Shown: in pieces, positions 49,830 through 59,468 of the stretch | Layout of the letters: the number at the start of each line of letters is the position of its first letter | Position numbering within the stretch: the first letter of the stretch is position 1 | Source: an uncultured Duganella sp. | Lineage (GTDB): Bacteria > Pseudomonadota > Gammaproteobacteria > Burkholderiales > Burkholderiaceae_D | Assembly (NCBI GenBank): GCA_963511605.1 | Contig: CAUPJZ010000029.1 | Span: 10,638 to 74,637, forward strand | Length of the DNA stretch: 64,000 nt | Reading direction: 5' to 3' | Position numbers and translations under genes: made by a program | The notes under the pieces: generated by a model | Seen by the model: only the letters and a program-made list of their open reading frames with translations | What the model was told of the DNA's origin: nothing | Databases searched by the model: none

Positions 49830-50432
49830 TTACGCGCGATTCGACGGATTCGCGTCCGTTTTGGGCAATGTTTCCGCCGGCTTCGCCAAGCGCGCGGCGA
49901 TGAAATCCTCGAACCCCTTCTGCACCAATTCGTAGGTCTTGTCGATATTGCTGGCGACCTCGCCACCCAACACTTTCAATCCCTCCAGTACATCGCGCGC
50001 CTCGCCGAAGCCCTGGTCGACACCTTTTTTCAAGGTATCGACGAACTTGTTGAGCAGCACCTCCTCATCCACACCCGGGTTCTGCTGCTTGAACGCATCG
50101 TAAAATGCCGTCGACAGCGATACAATGCGGCTCGCGGTGCCTTCCGGCGTATTGTCCTGGGACACGGCGTTCTGGATGGCGTTGTCGCCGAAGTCGTCCT
50201 TGAGCGCCTCGTTGATGCCGGTCAGCGCCGTTTTCAGCACGACCGACATCGGGTCGTTGGAGGATTTCAACGATACCGTCAAAGAAGCTTGTACGATGGA
50301 AGCGTTAAGTTGCGCCTTGGCCTTGGCGCCGACCGACATCGTGCTCTCGTCCTTGGCCTGGACGTCCTTCGCCTGGAGTGGTGCGGCCTTGGCGGCCGTG
50401 CTGCCTGCTGTAACTGAGACGGGAGTCGCCAT
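49830..50432 (-). CDS. DUF5610-like protein
   Basis: 'NTPEGTASRIVSLSTAFY...GVDQGFGEARDVLEGL...IDKTYELVQKGF'; low-complexity N-terminus. Confidence 0.75.
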   Translation of the reverse strand: MATPVSVTAGSTAAKAAPLQAKDVQAKDESTMSVGAKAKAQLNASIVQASLTVSLKSSNDPMSVVLKTALTGINEALKDDFGDNAIQNAVSQDNTPEGTASRIVSLSTAFYDAFKQQNPGVDEEVLLNKFVDTLKKGVDQGFGEARDVLEGLKVLGGEVASNIDKTYELVQKGFEDFIAARLAKPAETLPKTDANPSNRA

Positions 50433-50461
50433 GATGTTGCTCCGGTTGGAATATCCTTGAA

Positions 50462-50488
50462 TTATCGGCAGTTTTTAGAATAACTGTA
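50462..50488 (-). promoter_or_regulatory. Sigma-28 (FliA) promoter
   Basis: Minus strand TACAGTTA-N11-GCCGATAA versus consensus TAAAGTTT-N11-GCCGATAA; about 30 bp upstream of the DUF5610-like ATG. Confidence 0.75.
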
Positions 50489-50508
50489 GCCCCCCTGAAT
50501 GCGCCTCT

Positions 50509-51951
50509 ATGACCACACAGACTTTTCTCTGGCACGACTACGAAACCTTTGGCGCGCAGACGCGTCGCGATCGCCCGGCGCAATTCGCCGCGATCCGCAC
50601 CGACGCCGACCTCAACGAGATCGGCGACCCGATCATGTTGTATTGCAAGCCGGCCAATGACTTCTTGCCCGATCCGCAATCTTGCCTGATCACCGGCATC
50701 ACGCCGCAGCAGTGCCTGGAATGGGGCGTGCCGGAGCACAAGTTCGCCGCCACCATCGAGCAGGCGTTTTCCAAGCCGGGCACGATCGGCGTCGGCTACA
50801 ACACGATCCGCTTCGACGATGAAATCACCCGCTTCATGTTCTGGCGTAACCTGATCGATCCGTACGCGCGCGAATGGCAGAACCAGTGCGGCCGCTGGGA
50901 CCTGCTGGACGTGGTGCGGATGACGTATGCGCTGCGTCCGGAAGGCATCGAATGGCCGACGAAGGCCGACGGCAAGCCCAGCTTCCGGCTGGAAGACCTG
51001 GCCAAGGCCAACGGCCTGCTGCACGAGGCGGCGCACGACGCGCTGTCCGACGTGCGCGCCACCATCGCGCTGGCGCGCTTGATCAAGCAGAAACAGCCGA
51101 AACTGTTCGACTTCTGCTTCGCGCTGCACAAGAAGGACCGCGTGGCCGACGAGATCGGCATGCATCTGGCGCCGCAGCTGCGCGCGCCGTTCCTGCACGT
51201 GTCGGGCATGTTCCCTGCCGAACGCGGCTGTATCGCGCTGGTGTGGCCGCTGGCGACGCATCCGACCAACAAGAACGAAGTCATCGTCTGGGATTGCACC
51301 TACGATCCGACCGAGTTGTTCACGCTGGATGCCGATACGATACGCACCCGCATCTTCACGCGTGCCGACGCGCTGCCCGAGGGCATGACGCGGTTGCCGG
51401 TCAAGAGCATTCATCTGAACAAATCGCCGATGCTGGTGTCGAACCTGAAGACGCTGTCGCCGGCCATGGCGGCCCGGTGGGGTATCGACCTGGAGCAGGG
51501 CAAGGCGTTCGCCGCGCTGGCCGCAGCCGGGCGCAATATGGATATCGAGTGGGAACAGGTGTTTTATCGTCCGCCGGGCGCCGAGCTCGACGTCGACGAG
51601 GATTTGTATAACGGCTTCATTGGCAAGGAGGATAGACGTTTGCTGGAGTCCTTGCGCAAGGAGGCGCCCGCGAAATTGGCGGTGGCGTCGCCGTCGTTCG
51701 ACGATCCGCGCCTGGTGGAATTGCTGTTCCGCTACCGCGCGCGTAATTTCCCGGAGACCTTGTCCGAGCCGGAGATGGAGCATTGGGAACAGCATCGGGC
51801 GGCGCGGTTTTACGACGGGGCCGGCGGTGCGCGCAGCATCGATCAGTTCTTTGGCGAGATCGACCATTTGCAGCAGGACGCGGACGAGCGGGCCGAGCAG
51901 ATCCTGGCGGAGTTGTACGAGTACGTGGAGCTGATCGCTCCGGCGCAGTAG
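50509..51951 (+). CDS. sbcB: Exodeoxyribonuclease I
   Basis: 'WHDYETFG', 'QFAAIRTD', 'GYNTIRFDDE', 'AHDALSDVRATI', 'LFRYRARNFP'. Confidence 0.96.
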   Translation: MTTQTFLWHDYETFGAQTRRDRPAQFAAIRTDADLNEIGDPIMLYCKPANDFLPDPQSCLITGITPQQCLEWGVPEHKFAATIEQAFSKPGTIGVGYNTIRFDDEITRFMFWRNLIDPYAREWQNQCGRWDLLDVVRMTYALRPEGIEWPTKADGKPSFRLEDLAKANGLLHEAAHDALSDVRATIALARLIKQKQPKLFDFCFALHKKDRVADEIGMHLAPQLRAPFLHVSGMFPAERGCIALVWPLATHPTNKNEVIVWDCTYDPTELFTLDADTIRTRIFTRADALPEGMTRLPVKSIHLNKSPMLVSNLKTLSPAMAARWGIDLEQGKAFAALAAAGRNMDIEWEQVFYRPPGAELDVDEDLYNGFIGKEDRRLLESLRKEAPAKLAVASPSFDDPRLVELLFRYRARNFPETLSEPEMEHWEQHRAARFYDGAGGARSIDQFFGEIDHLQQDADERAEQILAELYEYVELIAPAQ

Positions 51952-51952
51952 A

Positions 51953-52933
51953 CTACGCCAGTTCTTCCTGCGCCACCTGATTGCGGCCCAGCTCCTTGGC
52001 GCGGTAGAGTGCGGCGTCGGCGGCGGCGATCAGGTCTTGTTCGTTCTGCTGGGGCTGCAATATCGCGACGCCGAAGGAGGCGGTGATGTGCGGCAGCGGC
52101 GCGCGCATGTCGCTGAACACCACCGCTTGCTGCATGCGCTCGCACAAGCGCTCGGCGACCGCCAGCGCCACCTTGCGCTGCGTGTCCGGCAGCAGCACCA
52201 TCATTTCCTCGCCGCCGTAGCGCACGGCGAAATCGGTCGGGCGCAGCGCGCCGCTGAGCACCTGCGCGGCCGAGCGCAAGGCCTGGTCGCCGGCCAGGTG
52301 GCCATGGCTGTCATTGAAACGTTTAAAGTGGTCCAGATCGATCATGATCAGCGCCAGCGGCGAATTCGAGCCGTGCGCGGTGGTGATCATCGTCGGCAGC
52401 AGGTCGTTGAGCCAGGCGCGGTTATACAGGCCCGTGAGGCCGTCGATCATCGACAGCTGACGGTAGAACTCGCCCAGTTTCTGGCGCCTGCGCAACTGCG
52501 CGTTGGCGGCGCGTATGCGGAACGACAACAGGCGCAGCAGATTGCGCGCCAGCACGTTCGATTCGTCGATCAATTGCCAGACGATCTCCGCTTCGATCAC
52601 CAGCACATCGCTTTCCTCCAGCGCGGTGATGCTCGACAGATTGGCTTCCTCGTCGAGCACCGATTGCTCGCCCACGCTTTCGCCGGGCAGGATCTTGCTG
52701 ACGGTGCCGTCGGCCATGCCGGTGCGGGTGTCGGTGGCAACCGACAGCGCGCCGCGCAGCACGATGTAGAGCCGCGCCTTGCTCGAGTCCGTGACCGCTT
52801 CGTCCGCTTCCAGCCGCATGATGGGGCAGTGCGCCAGCAGTTTGGCGATGGTGGCGTCATCATTCGCATTGCGCAGCAGCTGCAAGTCGCCGATCTGGTG
52901 GGGGGAGCTGCCGAAGGTGCTGATCTGTTTCAA
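51953..52933 (-). CDS. cNMP-binding domain + GGDEF diguanylate cyclase
   Basis: 'LYIVLRGAL...GESVGEQS'; 'DGLTGLYNR', 'DLDHFKRFNDSHGHLAGD', 'RYGGEEM'. Confidence 0.9.
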   Translation of the reverse strand: MKQISTFGSSPHQIGDLQLLRNANDDATIAKLLAHCPIMRLEADEAVTDSSKARLYIVLRGALSVATDTRTGMADGTVSKILPGESVGEQSVLDEEANLSSITALEESDVLVIEAEIVWQLIDESNVLARNLLRLLSFRIRAANAQLRRRQKLGEFYRQLSMIDGLTGLYNRAWLNDLLPTMITTAHGSNSPLALIMIDLDHFKRFNDSHGHLAGDQALRSAAQVLSGALRPTDFAVRYGGEEMMVLLPDTQRKVALAVAERLCERMQQAVVFSDMRAPLPHITASFGVAILQPQQNEQDLIAAADAALYRAKELGRNQVAQEELA

Positions 52934-53086
52934 GATAATCTTTCAGTAGCGCAGCGATTTATGCTGGCAGGCATTCTTATGATACTCAAACATCATACCC
53001 AAACGGGGGAGCCGGGTCACGTAGTTGTTGCGTGTTGTGGTGTGGAGTGCTTCAATATTGCCATTGCTATCAAGACGGAAAACCTC

Positions 53087-53869
53087 ATGACTTATATCGA
53101 TGCGCTTGGCACTGAGCACCCGGCGGACCCGAACGCGCGCATCGTCTCGCTGGTGCCGTCGATTACCGAGCTGTTGTGCGATCTCGGGTTGGCGCAGCAA
53201 CTGGTCGGACGTACCGGTTTTTGCATCCATCCCGCCGACGTTGTGCAAGCCATTCCCAAGGTGGGCGGCACCAAGGATGTCAACGTTGAAAAGATTCGCA
53301 AGCTGGCGCCGACGCATCTGGTGGTCAACATCGACGAGAACGAAAAGCCGACCGTCGAGGAGCTGGCCGAGTTCATTCCCAATATTGTCGTCACGCACCC
53401 GGTGCGGCCGCGCGATAACCTGGCGCTGGCGCGCTTGATGGGCGGGGTGTTCGGCAGGGATGAGGCGGCGGAGCGCTGGTGCGCCGCGTTCGAGGCGGAG
53501 TACGCGTTGTTGCAGGCGGCGCCGAAAGGGCCGCCGCAGACGATGTTGTACTGCATCTGGCAGGACCCGTGGATGACGATTTCGCGCGATACCTATATCG
53601 CGCGCATGCTGGAGGAGATCGGCTGGAGCGTGCCGGACCTGGGCGAGGTGCGGTATCCGCAATTCGCATGGTCTTCGGAGCTGGTGGCCGGCATCGATGG
53701 CGTGCTGCTGTCGAGCGAACCGTATCGATTCACGGAGGCTCATGCGTTTGCGCTGGAAAAGCAGCTGGGCAAGCCGGTGCTGCTGGTCGATGGGGAGATG
53801 ATGTCGTGGTATGGCAGCCGGTCGGTGCAGGGACTGCGGTATTTGCGCGAGCTCGCCACAGGCTTGTGA
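53087..53869 (+). CDS. Helical-backbone metal receptor (BtuF-like)
   Basis: 'RIVSLVPSITELL', 'VGRTGFCIHP', 'GGTKD', 'LLSSEPYRF', 'DGEMMSWYGSR'. Confidence 0.85.
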   Translation: MTYIDALGTEHPADPNARIVSLVPSITELLCDLGLAQQLVGRTGFCIHPADVVQAIPKVGGTKDVNVEKIRKLAPTHLVVNIDENEKPTVEELAEFIPNIVVTHPVRPRDNLALARLMGGVFGRDEAAERWCAAFEAEYALLQAAPKGPPQTMLYCIWQDPWMTISRDTYIARMLEEIGWSVPDLGEVRYPQFAWSSELVAGIDGVLLSSEPYRFTEAHAFALEKQLGKPVLLVDGEMMSWYGSRSVQGLRYLRELATGL

Positions 53870-53880
53870 AACCTTCTGAA

Positions 53881-53980
53881 ACACGTAGGGCGGATTAGCG
53901 GAGCGTAATCGGCCATGTTTGAGCCGCGGGCGGCATATGCATGGCCGATTACGGCGTTCCGCCTAATCCGCCCTACGTGT
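53881..53980. repeat. REPIN
   Basis: Inverted REP pair (GGA and GAA triloops). Confidence 0.9.
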
Positions 53981-54009
53981 ATCCGGGGTGGCGCACCGGC
54001 CCCGGATGA

Positions 54010-54381
54010 TTACTCGTCTTCGTCCGTATCCGCCGTGGCGGCGACCGGGTCGGCCGCGTGGCGCTTGTCCTTGTCGTGCAGGCGGCCCAGGGCGCTGTCG
54101 AGCGCGCGTTTGAGCTTGTCGGCGGCGCCGCCTATCGATTGGTGCAGGGTGGCCGCGTGATCGCTCACGGCGATCGGCTTGTATCCGGTAACCCGTGCTT
54201 CCATCAGGACGCGGTTGTCGCCATCCACTGATTTCTGACCCACGTTGTCGCTCAGGTGCACTTCCACACTGGTGATCTGCTCACCAAAGCGATGAAGCGC
54301 GTTGTTCACGACTGATTGCACATGCTCGTCCAGACCCGCGTTGCGATCGATGGTTTTGTCGGAATTAATATTGATCTGCAT
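54010..54381 (-). CDS. HPF/RaiA-family ribosome-associated protein
   Basis: 'MQININSD', 'LHRFGEQITSVEVHLSD', 'GAADKLKRALD'; AGGAG RBS. Confidence 0.85.
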   Translation of the reverse strand: MQININSDKTIDRNAGLDEHVQSVVNNALHRFGEQITSVEVHLSDNVGQKSVDGDNRVLMEARVTGYKPIAVSDHAATLHQSIGGAADKLKRALDSALGRLHDKDKRHAADPVAATADTDEDE

Positions 54382-54452
54382 ATGCTTTGCTCCTGTGTTG
54401 TTGAACTGCGAATCAATATTACTCCTTTTTGACTTAGGTTCTCGTTAAGTAG

Positions 54453-55109
54453 CTAACCGTTGATGAGAGAGGCTGCAATATTGATGGAAAGACCCAGAAT
54501 CGCCAGGTTGTAGAAGAAGCACAGCACCGACTGGCCCAGCACCACCTTGCGCATGCGCCGACAGCGCACGGTCACGTCCGAGGTCTGCACCGCCACCGAG
54601 ATCGTGAACGAGAAATACAGGAAGTCCCAGTAATTCGGCTTCAGGTGGCGGTCCGGAAAGCCCAGCGGCGGCTCGCCGCCGGCGTGGGTGTAGTACAGGT
54701 GCGCGTAGTGCGAGCAGAACATCACGCCCACCATGAACCACGAGCCCGTCAAGGTCAGCACCACGAAGCCGTAGTGCATCGCCAGATCGGCGCGCGGCGC
54801 GTCCTTGAGCGTAGTCATCTGCGAGACGATGGCGGCCAGGCTGATCATCACGGCGATCGACAAGGTCGCCAGGATCACCGGCCCCTTTTCGTCCTGGCGG
54901 CAGGCGGCGCGTTTGATGTCGTGCTGGTCGGCGCGCAGCATCATCCATCCCATCGTCGCCAGGTAGGTCCAGACCGTCACGTCCCACGCCGTCAGCACGC
55001 GGCTGAGCCAGCGCCAATGGCCGGGCAGCAGGGGCAGCACCACGGCCCCGATCACGATGGCCAGGGTCAGGTGCGGGCGGCTGTGGGCGATCTTGGGCAG
55101 GAATGTCAT
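54453..55109 (-). CDS. DUF1345-family membrane protein
   Basis: 'AWDV', 'HYAHLYY', 'LGFPD', 'PNYWDFLYFSFTISVAVQTSDV'. Confidence 0.9.
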   Translation of the reverse strand: MTFLPKIAHSRPHLTLAIVIGAVVLPLLPGHWRWLSRVLTAWDVTVWTYLATMGWMMLRADQHDIKRAACRQDEKGPVILATLSIAVMISLAAIVSQMTTLKDAPRADLAMHYGFVVLTLTGSWFMVGVMFCSHYAHLYYTHAGGEPPLGFPDRHLKPNYWDFLYFSFTISVAVQTSDVTVRCRRMRKVVLGQSVLCFFYNLAILGLSINIAASLING

Positions 55110-56356
55110 TTTTTATCCTCATGCGGGAAGCGGTCCATGCGCGACAGGACCGGGAACAGCCAGGCCCATAGTCCCGTCACGGCCAGGGTGGCGGCCCCGC
55201 CGAACAGGATGGCGCGTGTCAACCCCATCCAGCCGGCGGTGACGCCCGATTCGAACTCGCCCAGTTCGTTGGAGGCGCCGATGAACACCGAGTTGACGGC
55301 GCTGACCCTGCCGCGTATCGCGTCCGGCGTTTCGTATTGCACCAGCAGGTGGCGCACGTAGACGCTGATCATGTCGCCGGCGCCCATCAGGAACAGCGCC
55401 ACCAGCGCGACGATGAAGGTGGAGGTGGCGCCGAGCACCAAGGTGCCCATGCCGAACACCGCAACGCCGCCGAACATCCACAGGCCGACCCGGCGCGTGA
55501 TCGGGAAGAAGGCCAGCGCGATCGAGCACAGCGCGGCGCCGGCGCCGGGCGCGGTGCGCAGCATGCCGAGGCCGGTCGGGCCGACGTGCAGCACGTCGTG
55601 CGCCAGCGCGGGCAGCAGCGCGGTGGCGCCGCCGAACAGCACGGCGAACAGGTCGAGCGAGATCGCGCCCAGCACCACCGGGCGCGAGCGCACGAAGCGC
55701 AGGCCCTCGAGCACCGTGTGCCAGGTGGCCGGTTCGCGGTTGCTCGGCTGCTTGACCGACTTGACCATGCACATCATCACCACGGCGGCGACCAGCAGCG
55801 CCGAGGAAATGATATACACCGTTTTCGGCCCGGCCAGGTAGAACAGGCCGCCCAGGGTCGGCCCGAGGATGACGGCCACGTGGAAGCTCGACGAGCTCAG
55901 CGCGACGGCCTTGCTGAAGCTTTCCGGCGGCACCAGGTTGACCAGGATGGCCTGCGTGGCCGGCCCCATGAAGGCGCGCGCGCTGCCGAACAGCACCAGC
56001 ACGGCGAACACGGGCCACACGGTACTGAGGCCGGCCATCGTGAAGGCGAGCAGGGTGAGCCCGCACAGCAGCTGCGCGGCGAGCGCGATGGCGATCAGGT
56101 TGCGGCGGTCGTAGCGGTCGGCGGCGTGGCCGGCGATCAGGATCAGCAGCAGGAAGGGTGCGAACTGCGCCAGGCCGATCAGGCCGAGGTCGAACAGATT
56201 GTGCGTCATCGAATACACCTGCCAGCCGATGGCGACGTTTTGCATCTGGACGGCGAGGGTGGCGAGGGTGCGGGCGCTTAAGTACAGGGTGAAGTTGCGG
56301 TGACGCAGAACGCTGAAGCCATTGCCAGCGTTTGAAGAGGCGGAACTGTCGGACAT
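55106..56356 (-). CDS. MFS transporter (EntS/H+ antiporter-like)
   Basis: 'GHAADRYDRR', 'ISLDLFAVLFGGATALLP', 'RGRVSAVNSVFIGASNELGEFESG'. Confidence 0.92.
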   Translation of the reverse strand: MSDSSASSNAGNGFSVLRHRNFTLYLSARTLATLAVQMQNVAIGWQVYSMTHNLFDLGLIGLAQFAPFLLLILIAGHAADRYDRRNLIAIALAAQLLCGLTLLAFTMAGLSTVWPVFAVLVLFGSARAFMGPATQAILVNLVPPESFSKAVALSSSSFHVAVILGPTLGGLFYLAGPKTVYIISSALLVAAVVMMCMVKSVKQPSNREPATWHTVLEGLRFVRSRPVVLGAISLDLFAVLFGGATALLPALAHDVLHVGPTGLGMLRTAPGAGAALCSIALAFFPITRRVGLWMFGGVAVFGMGTLVLGATSTFIVALVALFLMGAGDMISVYVRHLLVQYETPDAIRGRVSAVNSVFIGASNELGEFESGVTAGWMGLTRAILFGGAATLAVTGLWAWLFPVLSRMDRFPHEDKK

Positions 56357-56419
56357 TGGGGCTTTCTGGGAGCGGGGTCCTGGGACTCCGCATCCCAGTC
56401 CGCTCCCGGTTGGATGCTG

Positions 56420-57448
56420 TTACGGTTTGTTGATGTCGGCTTCTGTTGTGAAGGCGTCGGCGTAGAATTCCTCCTCCGGCAAACGGCATTGCGCGACAAA
56501 GTCCTGCTTGGCCGAGTCGACCATCACCGGCGCGCCGCAGGCGTACACCTGGTGGCCCGACAGGTCGGGCAGGTCGGCCATGACGGCCGCGTGCACGTAG
56601 CCGGTGCGGCCGTTCCAGTTGTCCTCCGGCAGCGCGGCCGAGATCACCGGCACGTACTTGAAGTTGGGCAGGATCGCTTCCCACTGGCGGCACAGCGCGT
56701 CCATGTACAGGTCTTGCGGGCGGCGGCCGCCCCAGTACAGGGTCATCGGACGCTGCGAGTCCTGCGCCCGCAGGTGCTCGACGATGGCCTTGATCGGCGC
56801 GAAACCGGTGCCGGAGGCCAGCAGCACCATCGGCTTGTCGGTATCCTCGCGCACGAAGAAGGTGCCCATCGGGCCTTCGAAGCGCAGGATGTCGCGTTCC
56901 TTCATCGTCGTGAACACCTGGTCGGTGAACAGCCCGCCTGGCATGTGGCGGATGTGCAGCGTCAGCGGCTGGTCCTGGTCCGGCGGCGAGGCCAGGCTGT
57001 AGCTGCGGCGCTTGCCGTCGCGCAGCATGAATTCGATATACTGGCCGGCGCGGAATTTCAGTGTCTCGTTGGCCGGCAATTGCAAGGTCATCACGACCAC
57101 GTCCGGCGCCACTTTTTCCAGGGTTGCGACGCGCGATGGCATCTTGCGGATAGGATAGTCGTCGCTGCCGGCCACTTCGCGCGCTTCGATCACCAGATCC
57201 TCGTGCGCGGTGGCGCAGCAGAACAGCGAGTAGCCGGCCGCTTCGTCTTCCTTGCTCAGCGCGCGTTCCTGGTGGGCCTTGTGCGTCACCGAGCCGGACA
57301 AGACCTTGCCCCGGCAGGAACTGCAGGCGCCGTTCTTGCAGCCGTAAGGCAAGCCGACACCGGCGCGGATGGCCGCCGCCAGTACGGTTTCGTCTTCCTC
57401 GCAGCTGAATTGGTGGCCGCTAGGCTGTACAGTAATTTGAAACGTCAT
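56420..57448 (-). CDS. 2Fe-2S/FAD/NAD reductase (commonly annotated CDP-6-deoxy-delta-3,4-glucoseen reductase)
   Basis: 'PYGCKNGACSSC...C' ferredoxin motif, 'RRSYSLAS', 'SGTGFAP', 'LYWGGR', 'YACG'. Confidence 0.88.
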   Translation of the reverse strand: MTFQITVQPSGHQFSCEEDETVLAAAIRAGVGLPYGCKNGACSSCRGKVLSGSVTHKAHQERALSKEDEAAGYSLFCCATAHEDLVIEAREVAGSDDYPIRKMPSRVATLEKVAPDVVVMTLQLPANETLKFRAGQYIEFMLRDGKRRSYSLASPPDQDQPLTLHIRHMPGGLFTDQVFTTMKERDILRFEGPMGTFFVREDTDKPMVLLASGTGFAPIKAIVEHLRAQDSQRPMTLYWGGRRPQDLYMDALCRQWEAILPNFKYVPVISAALPEDNWNGRTGYVHAAVMADLPDLSGHQVYACGAPVMVDSAKQDFVAQCRLPEEEFYADAFTTEADINKP

Positions 57449-57460
57449 ACAATCCTTCAG

Positions 57461-58363
57461 ATGAAAAACATCAAGCTAATCAATAACCAACACCGTTCCC
57501 ACGCATTCAACCGGCCGCGTCTGCTGATCGTCGGCTGCGGCGATGTCGGCATGCGCCTGGTGCCGCTGCTGCGGCGCCACTTCCGCGTGTTCGCCACCAC
57601 CAGCCAGCCCGAGCGCCGCGCCGAGTTGCGCGCCTTGGGCGCCGTGCCGCTGGTGGCCGACCTCGACCATCCCGCCAGCTTGCGGCGCCTGGCCGGACTG
57701 GCCCGGTACGTGGTGCACCTGGCGCCGCCGCCGGCCGACGGCGCGCTGGACCGGCGCACGCGCAACCTGACCGCCATTTTACCCGAGCAAGGCCGCATGG
57801 TTTATGTCAGCACCACCGGGGTGTACGGCGATTGTGGCGGGGCGTTGTTCGACGAGAGCCGTCCGGTGGCGCCGCGCAACCCCCGGGCCACGCGCCGGGT
57901 CGACGCCGAGGCCGTGTTGCGGCGCTGGGCCGTGCGTGCCGGTTCCGACCTGTCCATACTGCGCGTGCCGGGGATTTATGGGGCCGAGCGCCTGCCGATC
58001 AAGCGCTTGCAACAGGGCACGCCGGCCTTGCTGGCCGCCGAGGACGTGTATACCAACCATATCCATGCCGACGACCTGGCCACGATCATCGTCAGCGCGC
58101 TGTTTGGCGGCTTGCCAAACCGAATCTACCACGCGGTCGATGACAGCGATATGAAGATGGCGGAGTATTTCGACGCGGTGGCGGACGCTTTCGGCATGCA
58201 ACGTCCGCCACGCTTGCCGCGTGCTGAATTGCAACAGGTGATCACGCCAGCGCTGTTGTCGTTCATGTCCGAATCGCGCAGACTGAGCAATGGACGCATC
58301 AAGCGGGAATTGGGCGTGCGGCTGCGGTATCCGACGGTGGCGGGGATGCTGGCGGCGATGTGA
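57461..58363 (+). CDS. NAD-dependent epimerase/dehydratase-family SDR (YeeZ-like)
   Basis: 'LIVGCGDVG', 'YVSTTGVYGD', 'LRVPGIYG', 'NHIHADDLA', 'YPT'. Confidence 0.88.
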   Translation: MKNIKLINNQHRSHAFNRPRLLIVGCGDVGMRLVPLLRRHFRVFATTSQPERRAELRALGAVPLVADLDHPASLRRLAGLARYVVHLAPPPADGALDRRTRNLTAILPEQGRMVYVSTTGVYGDCGGALFDESRPVAPRNPRATRRVDAEAVLRRWAVRAGSDLSILRVPGIYGAERLPIKRLQQGTPALLAAEDVYTNHIHADDLATIIVSALFGGLPNRIYHAVDDSDMKMAEYFDAVADAFGMQRPPRLPRAELQQVITPALLSFMSESRRLSNGRIKRELGVRLRYPTVAGMLAAM

Positions 58364-58421
58364 GGCCGGCGGGCGGCAAGGTGGAAAAGGCAGGGCCGCC
58401 CGGGTTGCGCTTGTTTTTTGC

Positions 58422-58673
58422 TTACTTCTTCTGCTGCACCTTGCGCAACTGCTGCTTGCGCTGGGTCTGATTGCGGTTCTGCTTCGCTTCGTAGAGCGCG
58501 GTGGCTTCTTTCTTTGCCTGTTCAACCGTGCGCATCTCTTCCTTGTCGTCGTGCGCGACAAAATAATCGGCGTCCTGGGCGTCGACCACCAGCTTGATCG
58601 CGGCCGCGTCGTCGAGGTCGTAGATCTCGTGCAGCAGGGTGGTTACCTCATCGAGGAATTCTTCGTAGGTCAT
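58422..58673 (-). CDS. Small acidic hypothetical protein
   Basis: ORF 'MTYEEFLDEVTTLLHEIYDL...' with host-like codon usage. Confidence 0.7.
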   Translation of the reverse strand: MTYEEFLDEVTTLLHEIYDLDDAAAIKLVVDAQDADYFVAHDDKEEMRTVEQAKKEATALYEAKQNRNQTQRKQQLRKVQQKK

Positions 58674-58887
58674 GGGCGCCTTAGTGTTGTTGGATTGCGG
58701 TTGTCGGTCCGGCCGGAGGCGGAAAAACGTCATTTTAAACGACCGGATCAAGTCGAGCGTTGCTAGTCGCACATAGCGGCGGTGCGGCGCTTGTAGTTGC
58801 CCCGCAAAAAGGTGTAAAAGATACGGAGACTTATACCAGTGCAAGCCCGATGTCAGCTTTCTGTGTCAAACTATTAAGATGACTTGC

Positions 58888-58928
58888 TTGACGCGCATCA
58901 AACAAAGCAGCGCTTGATGCGATATTGT
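58888..58928 (+). promoter_or_regulatory. FNR-type box plus -10 element
   Basis: TTGAC-GCGC-ATCAA at 58888-58901 (one mismatch); TATTGT at 58923-58928 gives class II spacing. Confidence 0.6.
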
Positions 58929-58953
58929 TGTTATCTCTAAGAGGAGCTCGCGT

Positions 58954-59199
58954 ATGCCAGCCACTTTGCATCCGACCAAAGAGCAGGTACGTGCTTATAT
59001 GCAACTGCGTGAGTGTGACCGCCGTCCACCACCGACGCCGGAAGAAATCCGTCGTCAGTTGGGCTGGCGCTGCGCGTCCAGCAGTGCGGGCTTCGGGTCC
59101 ACTGCGACGATCTTCCTCCCAAGCACCATTGCGCAATTGGCCACGCTGATGGCCGTCGAATGGTGTTTCCTCGCCTCCGGCCTTAGCCGCTCGAACTGA
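58954..59199 (+). CDS. Small hypothetical protein (PxKEQVRxYM...PPPxPEEIRRQLGW motif)
   Basis: AGAGGAG RBS; motif recalled from Oxalobacteraceae hypotheticals. Confidence 0.7.
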   Translation: MPATLHPTKEQVRAYMQLRECDRRPPPTPEEIRRQLGWRCASSSAGFGSTATIFLPSTIAQLATLMAVEWCFLASGLSRSN

Positions 59200-59468
59200 G
59201 TTGCTACAAAACTTTACAATGTTCTATACCATTTCTTGCAACAAATTTCTTACTAGCATAAGAAATAGGTGTAGAATCTATCAAAATCTCACACAAAAAC
59301 AGCTCGGGTTAGCCGTTCGTTAACAAAAACGTGTATTATCGCGGCTAGGCACTAAAAACCGGCATAAACGTTCGCGTTTTGTAGTGCTTCACTGGTAATT
59401 GAGCTAAAAATTTTATTTACCCATGTGTCGTTTTTTTGCGAAAGCGGCCACGAACCTACTTAAACATT

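Noticed and set aside
52934-53086. Possible cobalamin riboswitch upstream of the BtuF-like gene
   Set aside because: No recognisable B12-box or GGGAA/ACTG/GCCACTG core motifs.
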